Origin: Desulfocapsa sulfexigens DSM 10523
GTDB taxonomy: Bacteria; Desulfobacterota; Desulfobulbia; Desulfobulbales; Desulfocapsaceae
NCBI RefSeq assembly: GCF_000341395.1
Contig: NC_020304.1
Span: forward strand, 3,630,001 to 3,662,000
DNA length: 32,000 nt
Reading direction: 5' to 3'
A program made the translations under genes and the position numbers. Below, piece by piece: positions 10,112-19,700 of the stretch. The notes under the pieces were generated by a model. The model did no database searches. It was not told the DNA's origin and saw nothing but the letters and a program-made list of their open reading frames with translations. Each line of letters begins with the position of its first letter. The stretch's first letter is position 1.

Positions 10112-11293
10112 ATGTCCCTTTCTCAAACATTCACCGTGACCCAGCCAACTCAAATTCAGTTCGGTGCAGGTACCATTGCCAATCTTGCTACAACAGTAAA
10201 AAACTTCAATGGAACTAACGTATTCCTGGTGATTGATCCGGGCCTGGTAAAAGCCGGTCTGGTCAAAACCATCACTGCTCCCCTCAAAAAAGCAAAAATC
10301 CCCTTTACTGTTTATGACAAAATCGATCCTGAGCCAGGTCTCAAACTAGCCGACAAAGGTACAACACTTGCCAAAAAATCGGGGTGCGACTGTGTTGTTG
10401 GCGTTGGTGGCGGTTCTGCCATGGACGTTGCAAAGGCAATCGCGATCCTCCTCACAAATGGAGGGAAAGCTGTTGACTATCTCGGCCTGGGTCTCATAAA
10501 AAAACCTGGTGTTCCAAAAATCATGGTTCCCACTTCCTCTGGAACTGGGGCAGAGGTAACATTCACCGCAGTATTTATCAATGAGAAAACCGGCTCTAAG
10601 GGCGGCATGAACGGCGACCCACTCTATCCCGACGCTGCCATTCTTGATCCGGAACTTACCCTTAGCCTTCCACCCCACGTAACTGCTTTTACGGGAATTG
10701 ACGCCCTCACCCATGCACTCGAAGCCTACACATCAACCCAGGCTCACACTCTCTCTGAGATGTATTCTCTTGAAGCTATAAACCTTATAGCTGCCCATCT
10801 TCCTGCGGCCTATGCCAATGGTAACAATCTGGAAGCACGCTCCGCAATGCTTATGGGATCTCTTCTTGGCGGCAAAGCACTGGCTACTGCTGGCGTTGGC
10901 CTGGTGCATGCCATGGCTTACCCCATGGGGGGAATGTTTGGTATCCCTCATGGCCTTGCAAATGCAGTACTTCTGCCCTATGTTGTGGAATATAATCTCA
11001 TTGGAGACATGGAAAAATTTGCAATTCTTGCTGAGGTTCTTGGCCAAAACACCTCTGACCTCACCTTGAGAGAATCGGCAAGTCTCTGTGTCGACGCACT
11101 TTTCAATTTAAATGATGATGTTGGTATTCCTGGCACTCTGAAAGATCTTGACATCCCCTTCGATGCAATACCTGAGATGGCAAAAATCGCACTCACTGTA
11201 ACCAGGCCTGTGGAAAACAATCCAAGGAAACCAACCCTTGAGGACGTAATTGGGATCTACGAAACTGCTTTTAATGGTGATATTTCTTTTTAG
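10112..11293 (+). CDS. Iron-containing (group III) alcohol dehydrogenase
   Basis: 393-aa ORF: GVGGGSAMDVAKAIA, PTSSGTGAEVTFTAVF, GIDALTHALEAY and HAMAYPMGGMFGIPHGLANA, which carry the expected His/Asp metal ligands. Confidence 0.94.
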   Translation: MSLSQTFTVTQPTQIQFGAGTIANLATTVKNFNGTNVFLVIDPGLVKAGLVKTITAPLKKAKIPFTVYDKIDPEPGLKLADKGTTLAKKSGCDCVVGVGGGSAMDVAKAIAILLTNGGKAVDYLGLGLIKKPGVPKIMVPTSSGTGAEVTFTAVFINEKTGSKGGMNGDPLYPDAAILDPELTLSLPPHVTAFTGIDALTHALEAYTSTQAHTLSEMYSLEAINLIAAHLPAAYANGNNLEARSAMLMGSLLGGKALATAGVGLVHAMAYPMGGMFGIPHGLANAVLLPYVVEYNLIGDMEKFAILAEVLGQNTSDLTLRESASLCVDALFNLNDDVGIPGTLKDLDIPFDAIPEMAKIALTVTRPVENNPRKPTLEDVIGIYETAFNGDISF

Positions 11294-11320
11294 GAACCTT
11301 TACACAAAATAATAATCAAT

Positions 11321-11340
11321 GCAGTTTAGCTGCTTTTTTT
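11321..11340 (+). terminator. Weak terminator-like element between the Fe-ADH and TAXI genes
   Basis: GCAG-TTTAG-CTGC followed by a T run (11334 onward). The stem is only 4 bp. Confidence 0.25.
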
Positions 11341-11393
11341 AACCGAGAGACAGGATGTACTGTCTCATAAACTCTCTCCATGGAGGAAAGAAA

Positions 11394-12362
11394 ATGAACA
11401 AATTATTCGGAATTTTGTCAGTGATCTGTCTCAGTATGGTCATGACATTTGCTACAGCAGCAGATTCCCACGCAAAAAAACGTATTGTCTTTGGTGGTGG
11501 TCCTGCCGGTGGTACTTTTCAGGTAGTTGCCAACGCCATTCAGGTTTACCAACCTGTTAAAGATATGGCCGATTTCACTGTTAAAGCGCAATCCTCTGCC
11601 GGCTCTGTGGAGAACCTGCGCAAGGTAGACTCAGGTAAGTCTGATTTTGGCGTGGTTTACTCTGGACACGTGTATCTTGGCGCCAATGGCAAGATGAAAA
11701 ATGACCCCAAAAAATATGAGAATGTAATGGCTGTTGCCTATCTTTACGGCGCTCCAGCTCAGCTTGTTGTTCGTGCAGATTCCGGAATCAAATCCGTAAA
11801 AGATCTTGCAGGCAAAAAAGTAGGTGTTGGTAATGCCGGCTCCGGTGCCTTTGCCAACTGTGAACTTTTCTTCACCCATATGGGTGTGTGGGACTCAGTT
11901 GAACGTAATGCAATGGGCTATAACGATGCCGCAGCGGCATTTGGCAACAATCAACTCGATGCATTCTGGCTCTTCACTGCATTCCCATCCGGAGCAGTTA
12001 TCATGGCAGCACAGACCAATGACATCGCTCTTGTTGATCTTGGAGCAGATGCCATGGCCTCAGGATTTTACGAGAAATACCCATATTTCGCTAAACTCTC
12101 AGTTCCTGCTGGAACATACAAGGGTGTAGAGACAGCCACTCCGTCCTTTCAGGATTCTGCTCTTTGGGTAGCCAACAAAGACGTACCGGAAGACGTTGTG
12201 TACAAGCTCCTCAGCGTTATTTATACCGATGAAGGTCTCGCCCATATGGTTGGACAGAAAAAAACCTTCAAAGAGATGTCTATTGCAAGTGGTGTAAACG
12301 GAATCGTCACTCCAATGCATCCGGGTGCCATTAAATTCTGGAAAGAGAAAGGCGTGTTATAA
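11394..12362 (+). CDS. TAXI family TRAP transporter solute-binding protein
   Basis: Start moved from 11355 to 11394 (GGAGGAAAGAAA-ATG RBS plus signal peptide MNKLFGILSVICLSMVMTFATAADSHA). Contains GGGPAGGTFQVVANAI, SAGSVENLRKVDSGKSDFGVVYSG and GVGNAGSGAFA; adjacent to a TRAP permease. Confidence 0.92.
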   Translation: MNKLFGILSVICLSMVMTFATAADSHAKKRIVFGGGPAGGTFQVVANAIQVYQPVKDMADFTVKAQSSAGSVENLRKVDSGKSDFGVVYSGHVYLGANGKMKNDPKKYENVMAVAYLYGAPAQLVVRADSGIKSVKDLAGKKVGVGNAGSGAFANCELFFTHMGVWDSVERNAMGYNDAAAAFGNNQLDAFWLFTAFPSGAVIMAAQTNDIALVDLGADAMASGFYEKYPYFAKLSVPAGTYKGVETATPSFQDSALWVANKDVPEDVVYKLLSVIYTDEGLAHMVGQKKTFKEMSIASGVNGIVTPMHPGAIKFWKEKGVL

Positions 12363-12381
12363 AACAGGCTGAGGGTTTATC

Positions 12382-12437
12382 AGGCTGAAGACTGAAGGTA
12401 AGGCATACACTCATTATCTTCTTCTTCAGCCTTTTTG
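12382..12437 (+). terminator. Intercistronic terminator-like hairpin after the TAXI binding-protein gene
   Basis: Perfect 10-bp inverted repeat AGGCTGAAGA (12382-12391) / TCTTCAGCCT (12423-12432) followed by TTTTT. The loop is long (31 nt). Confidence 0.4.
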
Positions 12438-12496
12438 CTTTTACTTCCCCTTCACCTATCCACCAGCAATTCGTTCCCTAAAACGAGGTTTCCCCC

Positions 12497-14221
12497 GTGT
12501 ACGATGATCTAAAACGATTTGAACAGTTACTCTTCGACGTTTGCGCAGTAGGTCTATTGCTTTTTTATTCCTATGCTGCCGTTATATCTCCTGCTGCGAC
12601 CCAATATCATCGAGGGATATATGTCATTGTTACCTATGTACTTGTCTTTCTTCTGTACCGTTCCAAATCCATCTTCGGACGGATCATTGATTACCTGTTG
12701 ATTGTGCTTTCCATTGGAAGCATTGGCTACTGGATATTCAACTTCGAAGCCATCAATTACCGGACTGGTGCAGAGACCCCACTTGATACATGGATTGCCG
12801 TAGTTGGCGTGTTGCTTGGCATTGAACTCGCCAGACGTGTAGTCGGTGTTGTGTTTGTATTTATTGGTGTTCTTATGCTTGCCTATGGGGTATATGGAGA
12901 TTTCATGCCTGATCTTCTCTCCCACGCAGGCGATACCTTTCCTGCTCTCTGCACCTCTATCTTTTACAAGAGTGACGGTATCTTTGGCATTATGGCAAAT
13001 GTTCTCGCCACCTATATTCTGCTCTTTGTTTTCTTTGGTGCCTTTCTTGAAAAATGCGGTGCCCAGAAATTCTTTATCGATTTTCCACTTGCTGCAGTTG
13101 GTCATAAGATTGGAGGACCCGGCAAAGTGGCTGTTATCGCATCAGGTCTCTTTGGATCCATCTCGGGCAGTGCCATCGCAAATACCGTATCAACAGGTGC
13201 TTTCACCATCCCGATGATGAAAAAAGCCGGCTTCAAACCCCATATTGCCGGGGCTATTGAACCAGCCGCCTCCATCGGCGGAATGTTTATGCCACCCATT
13301 ATGGGAGCAGGTGGATTTATCATGGCGGAACTCACGGGTCTGCCTTATTCTCGTATTATGCTGGTAGCCCTCTTTCCTGCCATCATGTATTTTTTCTCCG
13401 TCTTTGTCATGGTTCATTATGAAGCAAAGAAAAATAACATTGTAGGTGAAAAATCAGAACACAGTGCCAGGGAAATTTTTATGAAAGAATGGTATTACAC
13501 AATCCCACTCATGGTAATCACCATTTTTATGCTTCTTGGATATTCACCCGGCTACTCCGCCATTCTTGGCCTTATTTCATGTATTGTTATTTCCTGGTTC
13601 CGTAAAGAAACCCGAATTGGCCCCAAAGAATTCCTGGTAGCATCAAGGAAAGGAGCAGAATCCAGTCTTAAGATCGGTGCTACTGTAGGTGTTATTGGCA
13701 TTATTATTGGTGTCCTGACCTTCAGTGGACTGGTTCTCACCTTTGCTGATATTGTTATTTCGCTCGCAGGCGGATCCCTGGTTCTCACAATCCTCCTCAT
13801 TGCCCTTGCATCCCTTGTGCTTGGTATGGGAGTACCTGTAACAGCTGCCTACCTGATCACCGCAGTGGTTGCAGTGCCGGCACTCACCCATCTTGGAGTA
13901 AACGAGCTGGCTGCACATATGATAGTGTACTGGCTTTCACAGGACTCAAATATTACACCGCCAGTTTGCATTGCAGCTTTTGCGGGAGCAACCATCGCCA
14001 AAGCAAATATGTGGAAGACAGCCTTTTCCGCCTTTAAATTCGCCAAGTTTCTGTACCTTGGCCCCTTTCTTTTTGGATTTGTACCGGGATTCTCTCTCGA
14101 TGGAAGCTCCATGGATATAATCAAGGCCTTTATTATGATTATCTTTGCTACCTGGTTGTATTCCTACTTCCTGAGTGGAATATGGATTAAATCTCTCTTT
14201 GGCAGGAAACAGGCTGCATAA
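12497..14221 (+). CDS. TRAP transporter permease, 4TM/12TM fusion protein (TAXI-associated)
   Basis: 574-aa polytopic membrane ORF with FFGAFLEKCGAQKFFIDFP, GLFGSISGSAIANTVSTGAFTIPMMKKAGF and AGAIEPAASIGGMFMPPIMGAGGFIMAELTG, typical of fused DctQM/TAXI TRAP permeases. Confidence 0.94.
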   Translation: MYDDLKRFEQLLFDVCAVGLLLFYSYAAVISPAATQYHRGIYVIVTYVLVFLLYRSKSIFGRIIDYLLIVLSIGSIGYWIFNFEAINYRTGAETPLDTWIAVVGVLLGIELARRVVGVVFVFIGVLMLAYGVYGDFMPDLLSHAGDTFPALCTSIFYKSDGIFGIMANVLATYILLFVFFGAFLEKCGAQKFFIDFPLAAVGHKIGGPGKVAVIASGLFGSISGSAIANTVSTGAFTIPMMKKAGFKPHIAGAIEPAASIGGMFMPPIMGAGGFIMAELTGLPYSRIMLVALFPAIMYFFSVFVMVHYEAKKNNIVGEKSEHSAREIFMKEWYYTIPLMVITIFMLLGYSPGYSAILGLISCIVISWFRKETRIGPKEFLVASRKGAESSLKIGATVGVIGIIIGVLTFSGLVLTFADIVISLAGGSLVLTILLIALASLVLGMGVPVTAAYLITAVVAVPALTHLGVNELAAHMIVYWLSQDSNITPPVCIAAFAGATIAKANMWKTAFSAFKFAKFLYLGPFLFGFVPGFSLDGSSMDIIKAFIMIIFATWLYSYFLSGIWIKSLFGRKQAA

Positions 14222-14250
14222 CAGTTAAAAAACAGTCCTTCCAGACTCTA

Positions 14251-14291
14251 CAGGGATCCCATTCTGTCGACACAGCGACATGGGCTCCCTG
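14251..14291. other. Hairpin between the TRAP permease and MMPL genes
   Basis: CAGGGATCCCAT (14251-14262) / ATGGGCTCCCTG (14280-14291) with one mismatch, plus inner CTGT/ACAG pairing; no clear T tract. Confidence 0.4.
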
Positions 14292-14385
14292 AAACAGTTT
14301 CTATGAAAGGTTATCGGTTTTTTCACCGTTCGTACTATCATTAACTTTCTCATCGCAACATCTCCGCCAGAAAACAGGACTACAT

Positions 14386-16674
14386 ATGCGGAAAATCGAA
14401 AACTGGATTGGAGATATGGTCATCCGGTACCGCTGGCTGTTTGTCCTTGGTCTTCTCGGTTCTGCTCTCCTGTCTGCAAACGGTATACGTTTCCTCACCT
14501 TCTCCAACGACTCACGAATGTTTTTCTCCGAGGAAAACCCTCAACTGCAAGCTTTGGAGGCACTGGAAAAAACCTACACCAAGGTGGAAAATGTCCTTTA
14601 TCTTATTGCTCCAAAGTCAGGAAACATATTTGAAAGAGAGACTCTTCAAGCCGTAGAATTCCTCACCGAACAGTCCTGGCGCCTTCCCTTCTCAAGCCGG
14701 GTCAACTCTTTGAGTAACTACCAGCACACCAGGGCTTTTGAAGATGACCTTATGGTTTCAGACCTTATAGCAGGTGCTGAATCCCTTACCGATGCAGAGA
14801 TCGCAGCAATAAAGAAGACTGCCCTCGCTCAACCCATGCTTCTCACCAGCATGATTGACAAAAAGGGTAGTGTTACCGCAATCAATGTTAATATAATCAA
14901 GCCAGACGATGGCAGTTATGACCTGCAGGAGATCAATGATGCGGCCCTGAATCTCCATCGACTTATGAAGGACACCTATCCATTTCTCGACATCTATCTC
15001 ACTGGCGGTGTCATGATAGATTCAGCCTTTGGCGATGCTCCTGCAAAAGACATGCGAACACTTATCCCCGTCATGTTTGGGCTCCTGCTCTTTCTCATTG
15101 TTATTTCCCTTCGTTCAATCATGGCAACAGTGGCCACTCTGCTTATCATCATACTGTCTACCATCACTGGTCTTGGTCTTGCCGGGTGGATGGGAATCGT
15201 GATAACACCAGCCTCTGCCAACGCGCCAATTATCATCCTGACCCTTGCGGTGGCTGACTCCATTCATATACTGGTTACCATTTTTCACCAGATGAGAAAG
15301 GGTACAGTAAAAACTGCTGCAATCAAAGAGTCCATCAGGGTAAACTTAAAACCTGTAGTGATAACGAGCGTCAGTACAGCAATAGGCTTTCTGACCATGA
15401 ATTTTTCCGATGCGCCACCCTTCAGAGATCTTGGAAATATTGTGGCCATGGGCGTTATGGCAGCTCTTATCTACTCAATTTTCTTTATGCCAGCACTTCT
15501 GGCCGTCCTTCCGTTGCGCACCAGACAAAACAGATCAGAACAACACAGGATATTTGGCCTCCTGGCTGAATTTGTTATCAGGCGCCGCACCCCTGTTTTC
15601 TGGTTTATGATAGCGATGATTCTTTTCACCAGCAGCGGAATGTCAAAAATTTATCTCAACGACGAATTTATAAAATATTTTGATACCAGCTATCCCTTTA
15701 GAGTGGCATCTGATTTTGCAGCGGAACACTTGGCAGGACTTGAAATCATAGACTGGAACCTCAATTCCGGAGAAGAAGGCGGCATCAATGACCCCAAATA
15801 CCTGGAAACAGTCGATGCTTTTGCCAACTGGTTTCGTGCTCAACCAGAAGTCAGGCACGTTTATACCATCACTGATATTATGAAACGTCTCAATCAGAAC
15901 ATGCACGGCGATGATCCGGCATGGTATAAACTTCCTCAGGAAAGGGATCTTGCTGCTCAATATTTGCTTCTCTACGAGATGAACCTGCCTTTCGGTCTTG
16001 ATCTCAACAATCGTATCAATGTGGATAAATCTGCTATCCGAATGACCGTTGCCACTCCAAATATCGGGACAGCTGCAATTCTTGACCTTGAGCGCCGCGG
16101 CCGTGAATGGCTTGATATCAACGCTCCTTCCATGACAACTTATGGATCCGGGCTTTCCATTATATTCTCCTTCATCTCAAAGCGAAATATCGATTCCATG
16201 CTGAAAGGTTCCGTTATTGCTCTGATTCTTATTTCGCTTATCATGATCGTGGCATTACGTGATATAAAACTTGGCATTTTAAGCCTGATACCTAACCTCA
16301 CTCCTGCTTTTATGGCCTTTGGTGTCTGGGGACATATGGTCGGACAAGTCGGCCTAGCCGTCTCAGTTATGATAGCCATGACTCTTGGTATTGTTGTTGA
16401 TGATACCGTTCATTTTATTTCAAAATATCAACGTGCCAGGAAAGAACATGGCATGGATGCTGAAGATGCTGTGAGATACGCTTTTAACACCGTAGGATCC
16501 GCAATCTGGGTTACTACCCTGGCCCTGGTCGGCGGCTTTGGTGTGCTTTCCTTCTCCGGATTCCAAATCAATGCCCATATGGGTTTGATGACGACAATAA
16601 CCATTATTTTCGCCATAATTCTCGATTTCTTCTTTCTCCCAACACTCCTCTTAAAACTGGAGAGTACCAGATGA
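14386..16674 (+). CDS. MMPL/RND superfamily membrane transporter
   Basis: 762-aa ORF with two repeated multi-TM halves, each with an RND signature (LTLAVADSIHILVTIFHQMRKG; MTLGIVVDDTVHFISKYQRARKEHG). Confidence 0.9.
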   Translation: MRKIENWIGDMVIRYRWLFVLGLLGSALLSANGIRFLTFSNDSRMFFSEENPQLQALEALEKTYTKVENVLYLIAPKSGNIFERETLQAVEFLTEQSWRLPFSSRVNSLSNYQHTRAFEDDLMVSDLIAGAESLTDAEIAAIKKTALAQPMLLTSMIDKKGSVTAINVNIIKPDDGSYDLQEINDAALNLHRLMKDTYPFLDIYLTGGVMIDSAFGDAPAKDMRTLIPVMFGLLLFLIVISLRSIMATVATLLIIILSTITGLGLAGWMGIVITPASANAPIIILTLAVADSIHILVTIFHQMRKGTVKTAAIKESIRVNLKPVVITSVSTAIGFLTMNFSDAPPFRDLGNIVAMGVMAALIYSIFFMPALLAVLPLRTRQNRSEQHRIFGLLAEFVIRRRTPVFWFMIAMILFTSSGMSKIYLNDEFIKYFDTSYPFRVASDFAAEHLAGLEIIDWNLNSGEEGGINDPKYLETVDAFANWFRAQPEVRHVYTITDIMKRLNQNMHGDDPAWYKLPQERDLAAQYLLLYEMNLPFGLDLNNRINVDKSAIRMTVATPNIGTAAILDLERRGREWLDINAPSMTTYGSGLSIIFSFISKRNIDSMLKGSVIALILISLIMIVALRDIKLGILSLIPNLTPAFMAFGVWGHMVGQVGLAVSVMIAMTLGIVVDDTVHFISKYQRARKEHGMDAEDAVRYAFNTVGSAIWVTTLALVGGFGVLSFSGFQINAHMGLMTTITIIFAIILDFFFLPTLLLKLESTR

Positions 16675-17483
16675 TTCTTCTCAACCCCCTTTCGATGTAT
16701 GGTCTGTTCACTGTTCTTCTTTTATCTCAGTGTTTTCTCATCTCCACCGCCTCCTGTGAAACTGCCGAGGAAAAAGGGCTGGCTATTGCTATGGAGGCTG
16801 ATCGGCGCGATAATGGTTTTGGTGATTACACTGCAGACATGACGATGACTCTTAAAAACCGACATGGCAAGGAAAGTAAACGACTCATTCGCAGCAAAAC
16901 ACTTGAGGTACCGGGAGATGGTGATAAAAGCCTTTCCATTTTCGACACCCCACGCGATGTAAAGGGAACCGCATTCCTCAGTTTTTCTCATAAAATCGGA
17001 GATGACGAGCAATGGTTGTATCTTCCTGCTCTTAAGCGGGTCAAAAGAATAAACTCCCGCAACAAGTCAGGATCATTTATGGGCAGCGAATTTGCTTACG
17101 AAGATATTGCCAGCCAGGAACCTGAAAAATTCACCTATAAACATCTCCGGGAAGAAGAATATCAGGGGCAACTCTGTTTTGTTGGCGAAAGTTATCCCGT
17201 AGATACCAAAAATTCCGGCTACACCAAACGTGTTTCATGGGTTGACAAGGCGGAATATCGTCTGCAGAAAGTCGAATTTTACGATCGTAAAAACAGTCTT
17301 TTAAAAACACTGACAGTGAATGGATATCGCCAGTATCTTGACAGATACTGGCGCCCAGAGAGCATGAACATGGTGAACCATCAAACCGGGAAATCAACCA
17401 CACTGGTATGGGAAAATTATTTATTCCGTACCGGACTCACAGACAATGACTTCAACTCCACCAGCCTGAAACGTGTCCGCTAA
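16671..17483 (+). CDS. Outer membrane lipoprotein-sorting protein (LolA/LolB-like fold, COG2834 type)
   Basis: 270-aa ORF with signal-like N-terminus, then YTADMTMTLKNRHGKESKRLIRSKTLE...DKSLSIFDTPRDVKGTAFLSFSHKIGDDEQWLYLPALKRVKRI...GSFMGSEFAYEDI...W. The start overlaps the upstream stop (ATGA). Confidence 0.88.
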   Translation: MILLNPLSMYGLFTVLLLSQCFLISTASCETAEEKGLAIAMEADRRDNGFGDYTADMTMTLKNRHGKESKRLIRSKTLEVPGDGDKSLSIFDTPRDVKGTAFLSFSHKIGDDEQWLYLPALKRVKRINSRNKSGSFMGSEFAYEDIASQEPEKFTYKHLREEEYQGQLCFVGESYPVDTKNSGYTKRVSWVDKAEYRLQKVEFYDRKNSLLKTLTVNGYRQYLDRYWRPESMNMVNHQTGKSTTLVWENYLFRTGLTDNDFNSTSLKRVR

Positions 17484-18693
17484 CGCAATTCGAATGATGA
17501 TTCCAGGTGTCTTGAGTTACCTTGTTCTGACTCTGCTTCTGTTGCCATCCCATGCTGCTGGATTTGAAGCCAGAGGAGATCTTTCCGCTCAGGGATTTCT
17601 CTTTCTTGAAAATGGAGCCTGGCCACACCAGGAAAAGCAATTCGCATCCGTTGCCGGGAACCTCCAGCTGCACCATGAAGCAGCTGATAATTTCCAATTC
17701 ACGGTGGATGCCTTTTACCGTATTGACAGTGAAGACAGGGAGAGGACTCACGGGGACCTGCGGCTCGCTGAAGTTCTCTACTTTACCGACAACTGGGAGA
17801 TCACTTTTGGGCTGGGACGGGTTTTCTGGGGTGCCACGGAGTTTGTCCACCTGGTTGACATCATCAATCAGACCGATCAGGTTGAAGCACCGGATGGCGA
17901 AGAGAAACTCGGGCAGCCCATGGTACACCTCACTGTTCCTCGTGACTGGGGCGTTATCGAAGCCTTTGTTCTCACATGGTTCAGAGAACGAACCTTTCCT
18001 GGTGAGAAAGGAAGAGTCCGAACTCCTCTTCCCGTTGACGCGGACCAGACCCAATATGAAAGCGGCGCTGAAGAGCATCACACCGATCTTGCCATGCGCT
18101 ATTCTACAATACTTGGTGATGTAGCAGATTTTGGTATCTACTACTTCAATGGTACAGCACGTGATCCTGTACTGTTATTTTCACAGGACAACTCTGGGAC
18201 TCCTGTATTGTATCCCTACTATGAACAGATTGGTCAGATTGGCCTTGATCTTCAAATGGTTGCCGGAGAGTGGCTGTTCAAGGCAGAGGCATATTATCGC
18301 AGCGGTCAGAGCAGATCATACGGTGCCACCACCTTTGGATTTGAATACACCCTTGTTGGAATTGCAGATACTATGATGGATCTTGGACTCATCGGGGAAT
18401 ATGTCTATGATGATCGTGACGATGGCTGGTTACCCACCATCTATGAAAATGACCTTATGGCTGGTCTGCGCCTGGCAGTAAACGATATGGATGACTCCAA
18501 TATCCTGCTTGGAGCCATCCGTGACATCCCTTCAGGCTCCACAACTATTGCTGTGGAAGCCAGTCGTCGAATCGGTGAATCAGTCCGACTCAACCTGGAT
18601 GCTTCTTTCTTTGTTAATATGGATAGTCAGGATCCCGCATTCAGCTTTGCCAGAGACGATTTCATAAAACTTGAAATACTTTACTACTGGTAA
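17473..18693 (+). CDS. Putative outer-membrane beta-barrel protein
   Basis: 406-aa ORF with signal peptide (MMIPGVLSYLVLTLLLLPSHAAG; start possibly 17494), alternating amphipathic strands and an aromatic C-terminus (KLEILYYW). Overlaps the preceding gene by 11 bp. Confidence 0.8.
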   Translation: MSANAIRMMIPGVLSYLVLTLLLLPSHAAGFEARGDLSAQGFLFLENGAWPHQEKQFASVAGNLQLHHEAADNFQFTVDAFYRIDSEDRERTHGDLRLAEVLYFTDNWEITFGLGRVFWGATEFVHLVDIINQTDQVEAPDGEEKLGQPMVHLTVPRDWGVIEAFVLTWFRERTFPGEKGRVRTPLPVDADQTQYESGAEEHHTDLAMRYSTILGDVADFGIYYFNGTARDPVLLFSQDNSGTPVLYPYYEQIGQIGLDLQMVAGEWLFKAEAYYRSGQSRSYGATTFGFEYTLVGIADTMMDLGLIGEYVYDDRDDGWLPTIYENDLMAGLRLAVNDMDDSNILLGAIRDIPSGSTTIAVEASRRIGESVRLNLDASFFVNMDSQDPAFSFARDDFIKLEILYYW

Positions 18694-18750
18694 ATTACAC
18701 ATAAAATCCCCCTCCTAATCAAAACGAAAAAAAGGCTTTCTGAAAAATAA

Positions 18751-19644
18751 ATGACATCAAACAACAAAGGGCTTTTTGCAGCATTGGGAGCCTTCACAAT
18801 ATGGGGTCTGCTTCCTCTCTACTGGAAGGCACTCTCTTCCGCTATTCCCCTGGAGATTATATGTCACCGCATCACCTGGTCAACACTTGTAACCCTACTG
18901 CTTTTGGTCATGTGGGGAAAAGTCGGCAAGCTCCGCACAGTTCTCAAGAACAGGAAAATTTTACTGCGTTTTGCCCTCACCTCGCTTCTGCTCTCGACAA
19001 ACTGGCTTCTATACATATGGGCAGTAAACAACAACTATATCGTTGAATCCAGCCTTGGATACTATATAAACCCATTGATCAATGTCCTGCTGGGAGTCCT
19101 TTTCCTTAGAGAACGCCTCCGAGTGCCACAGTGGGTTGCTGTTTTTTTTGCATTTGCCGGGGTATGCTATCTCACCTTCGGTTATGGCCAGTTCCCATGG
19201 ATCGCCATTGTCCTCGCAGTGACCTTCGGTTTTTATGGTTTACTGCGTAAAACTGCAAGTATCCCCTCTCTGGAAGGGCTCTGTCTCGAGACTTCTCTCC
19301 TCTTTCTCCCGGCATTTCTGTTCCTGCTTTACCTGACCATTCAAGGAGAGTTTGATTTTGTGAAGCAGAGTATTGATGGCAAAATTCTATTGATCGGTAC
19401 CGGAATCGTCACCACTATGCCACTCCTTTTCTTTGGCTATGCTGCACAGAAAATTCAACTTTCAACACTTGGAGTTGTCCAATACCTTGCCCCAACACTA
19501 CAACTGAGCATTGGACTCTTTGTTTATAATGAACCTTTCCCCCGAGAACAGATGATTGGCTTTGCACTGGTATGGTGTGGCCTGCTTATTTATGCAACGG
19601 AGGGCACTCTCATCCATATTCGAAAAACAAAGAGGAGGCTATAA
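18751..19644 (+). CDS. rarD: RarD-type EamA/DMT superfamily transporter
   Basis: 297-aa polytopic ORF: GAFTIWGLLPLYWKALSSAIPLEIICHRITWS, NWLLYIWAVNNNYIVESSLGYYINPLINVLLG, QLSTLGVVQYLAPTLQLSIG. Confidence 0.92.
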   Translation: MTSNNKGLFAALGAFTIWGLLPLYWKALSSAIPLEIICHRITWSTLVTLLLLVMWGKVGKLRTVLKNRKILLRFALTSLLLSTNWLLYIWAVNNNYIVESSLGYYINPLINVLLGVLFLRERLRVPQWVAVFFAFAGVCYLTFGYGQFPWIAIVLAVTFGFYGLLRKTASIPSLEGLCLETSLLFLPAFLFLLYLTIQGEFDFVKQSIDGKILLIGTGIVTTMPLLFFGYAAQKIQLSTLGVVQYLAPTLQLSIGLFVYNEPFPREQMIGFALVWCGLLIYATEGTLIHIRKTKRRL

Positions 19645-19700
19645 GTTTCAATGTCAACTACCGCCAACTCAGAAAAATTGTAACCACATGACCATAGGGT

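Noticed and set aside
17552-18124. 190-aa plus-strand ORF and the 209-aa minus-strand ORF 17452..18081
   Set aside because: Both overlap the 406-aa beta-barrel ORF, which has a signal peptide and operon-like overlap with its neighbour; the alternatives look like out-of-frame translations.
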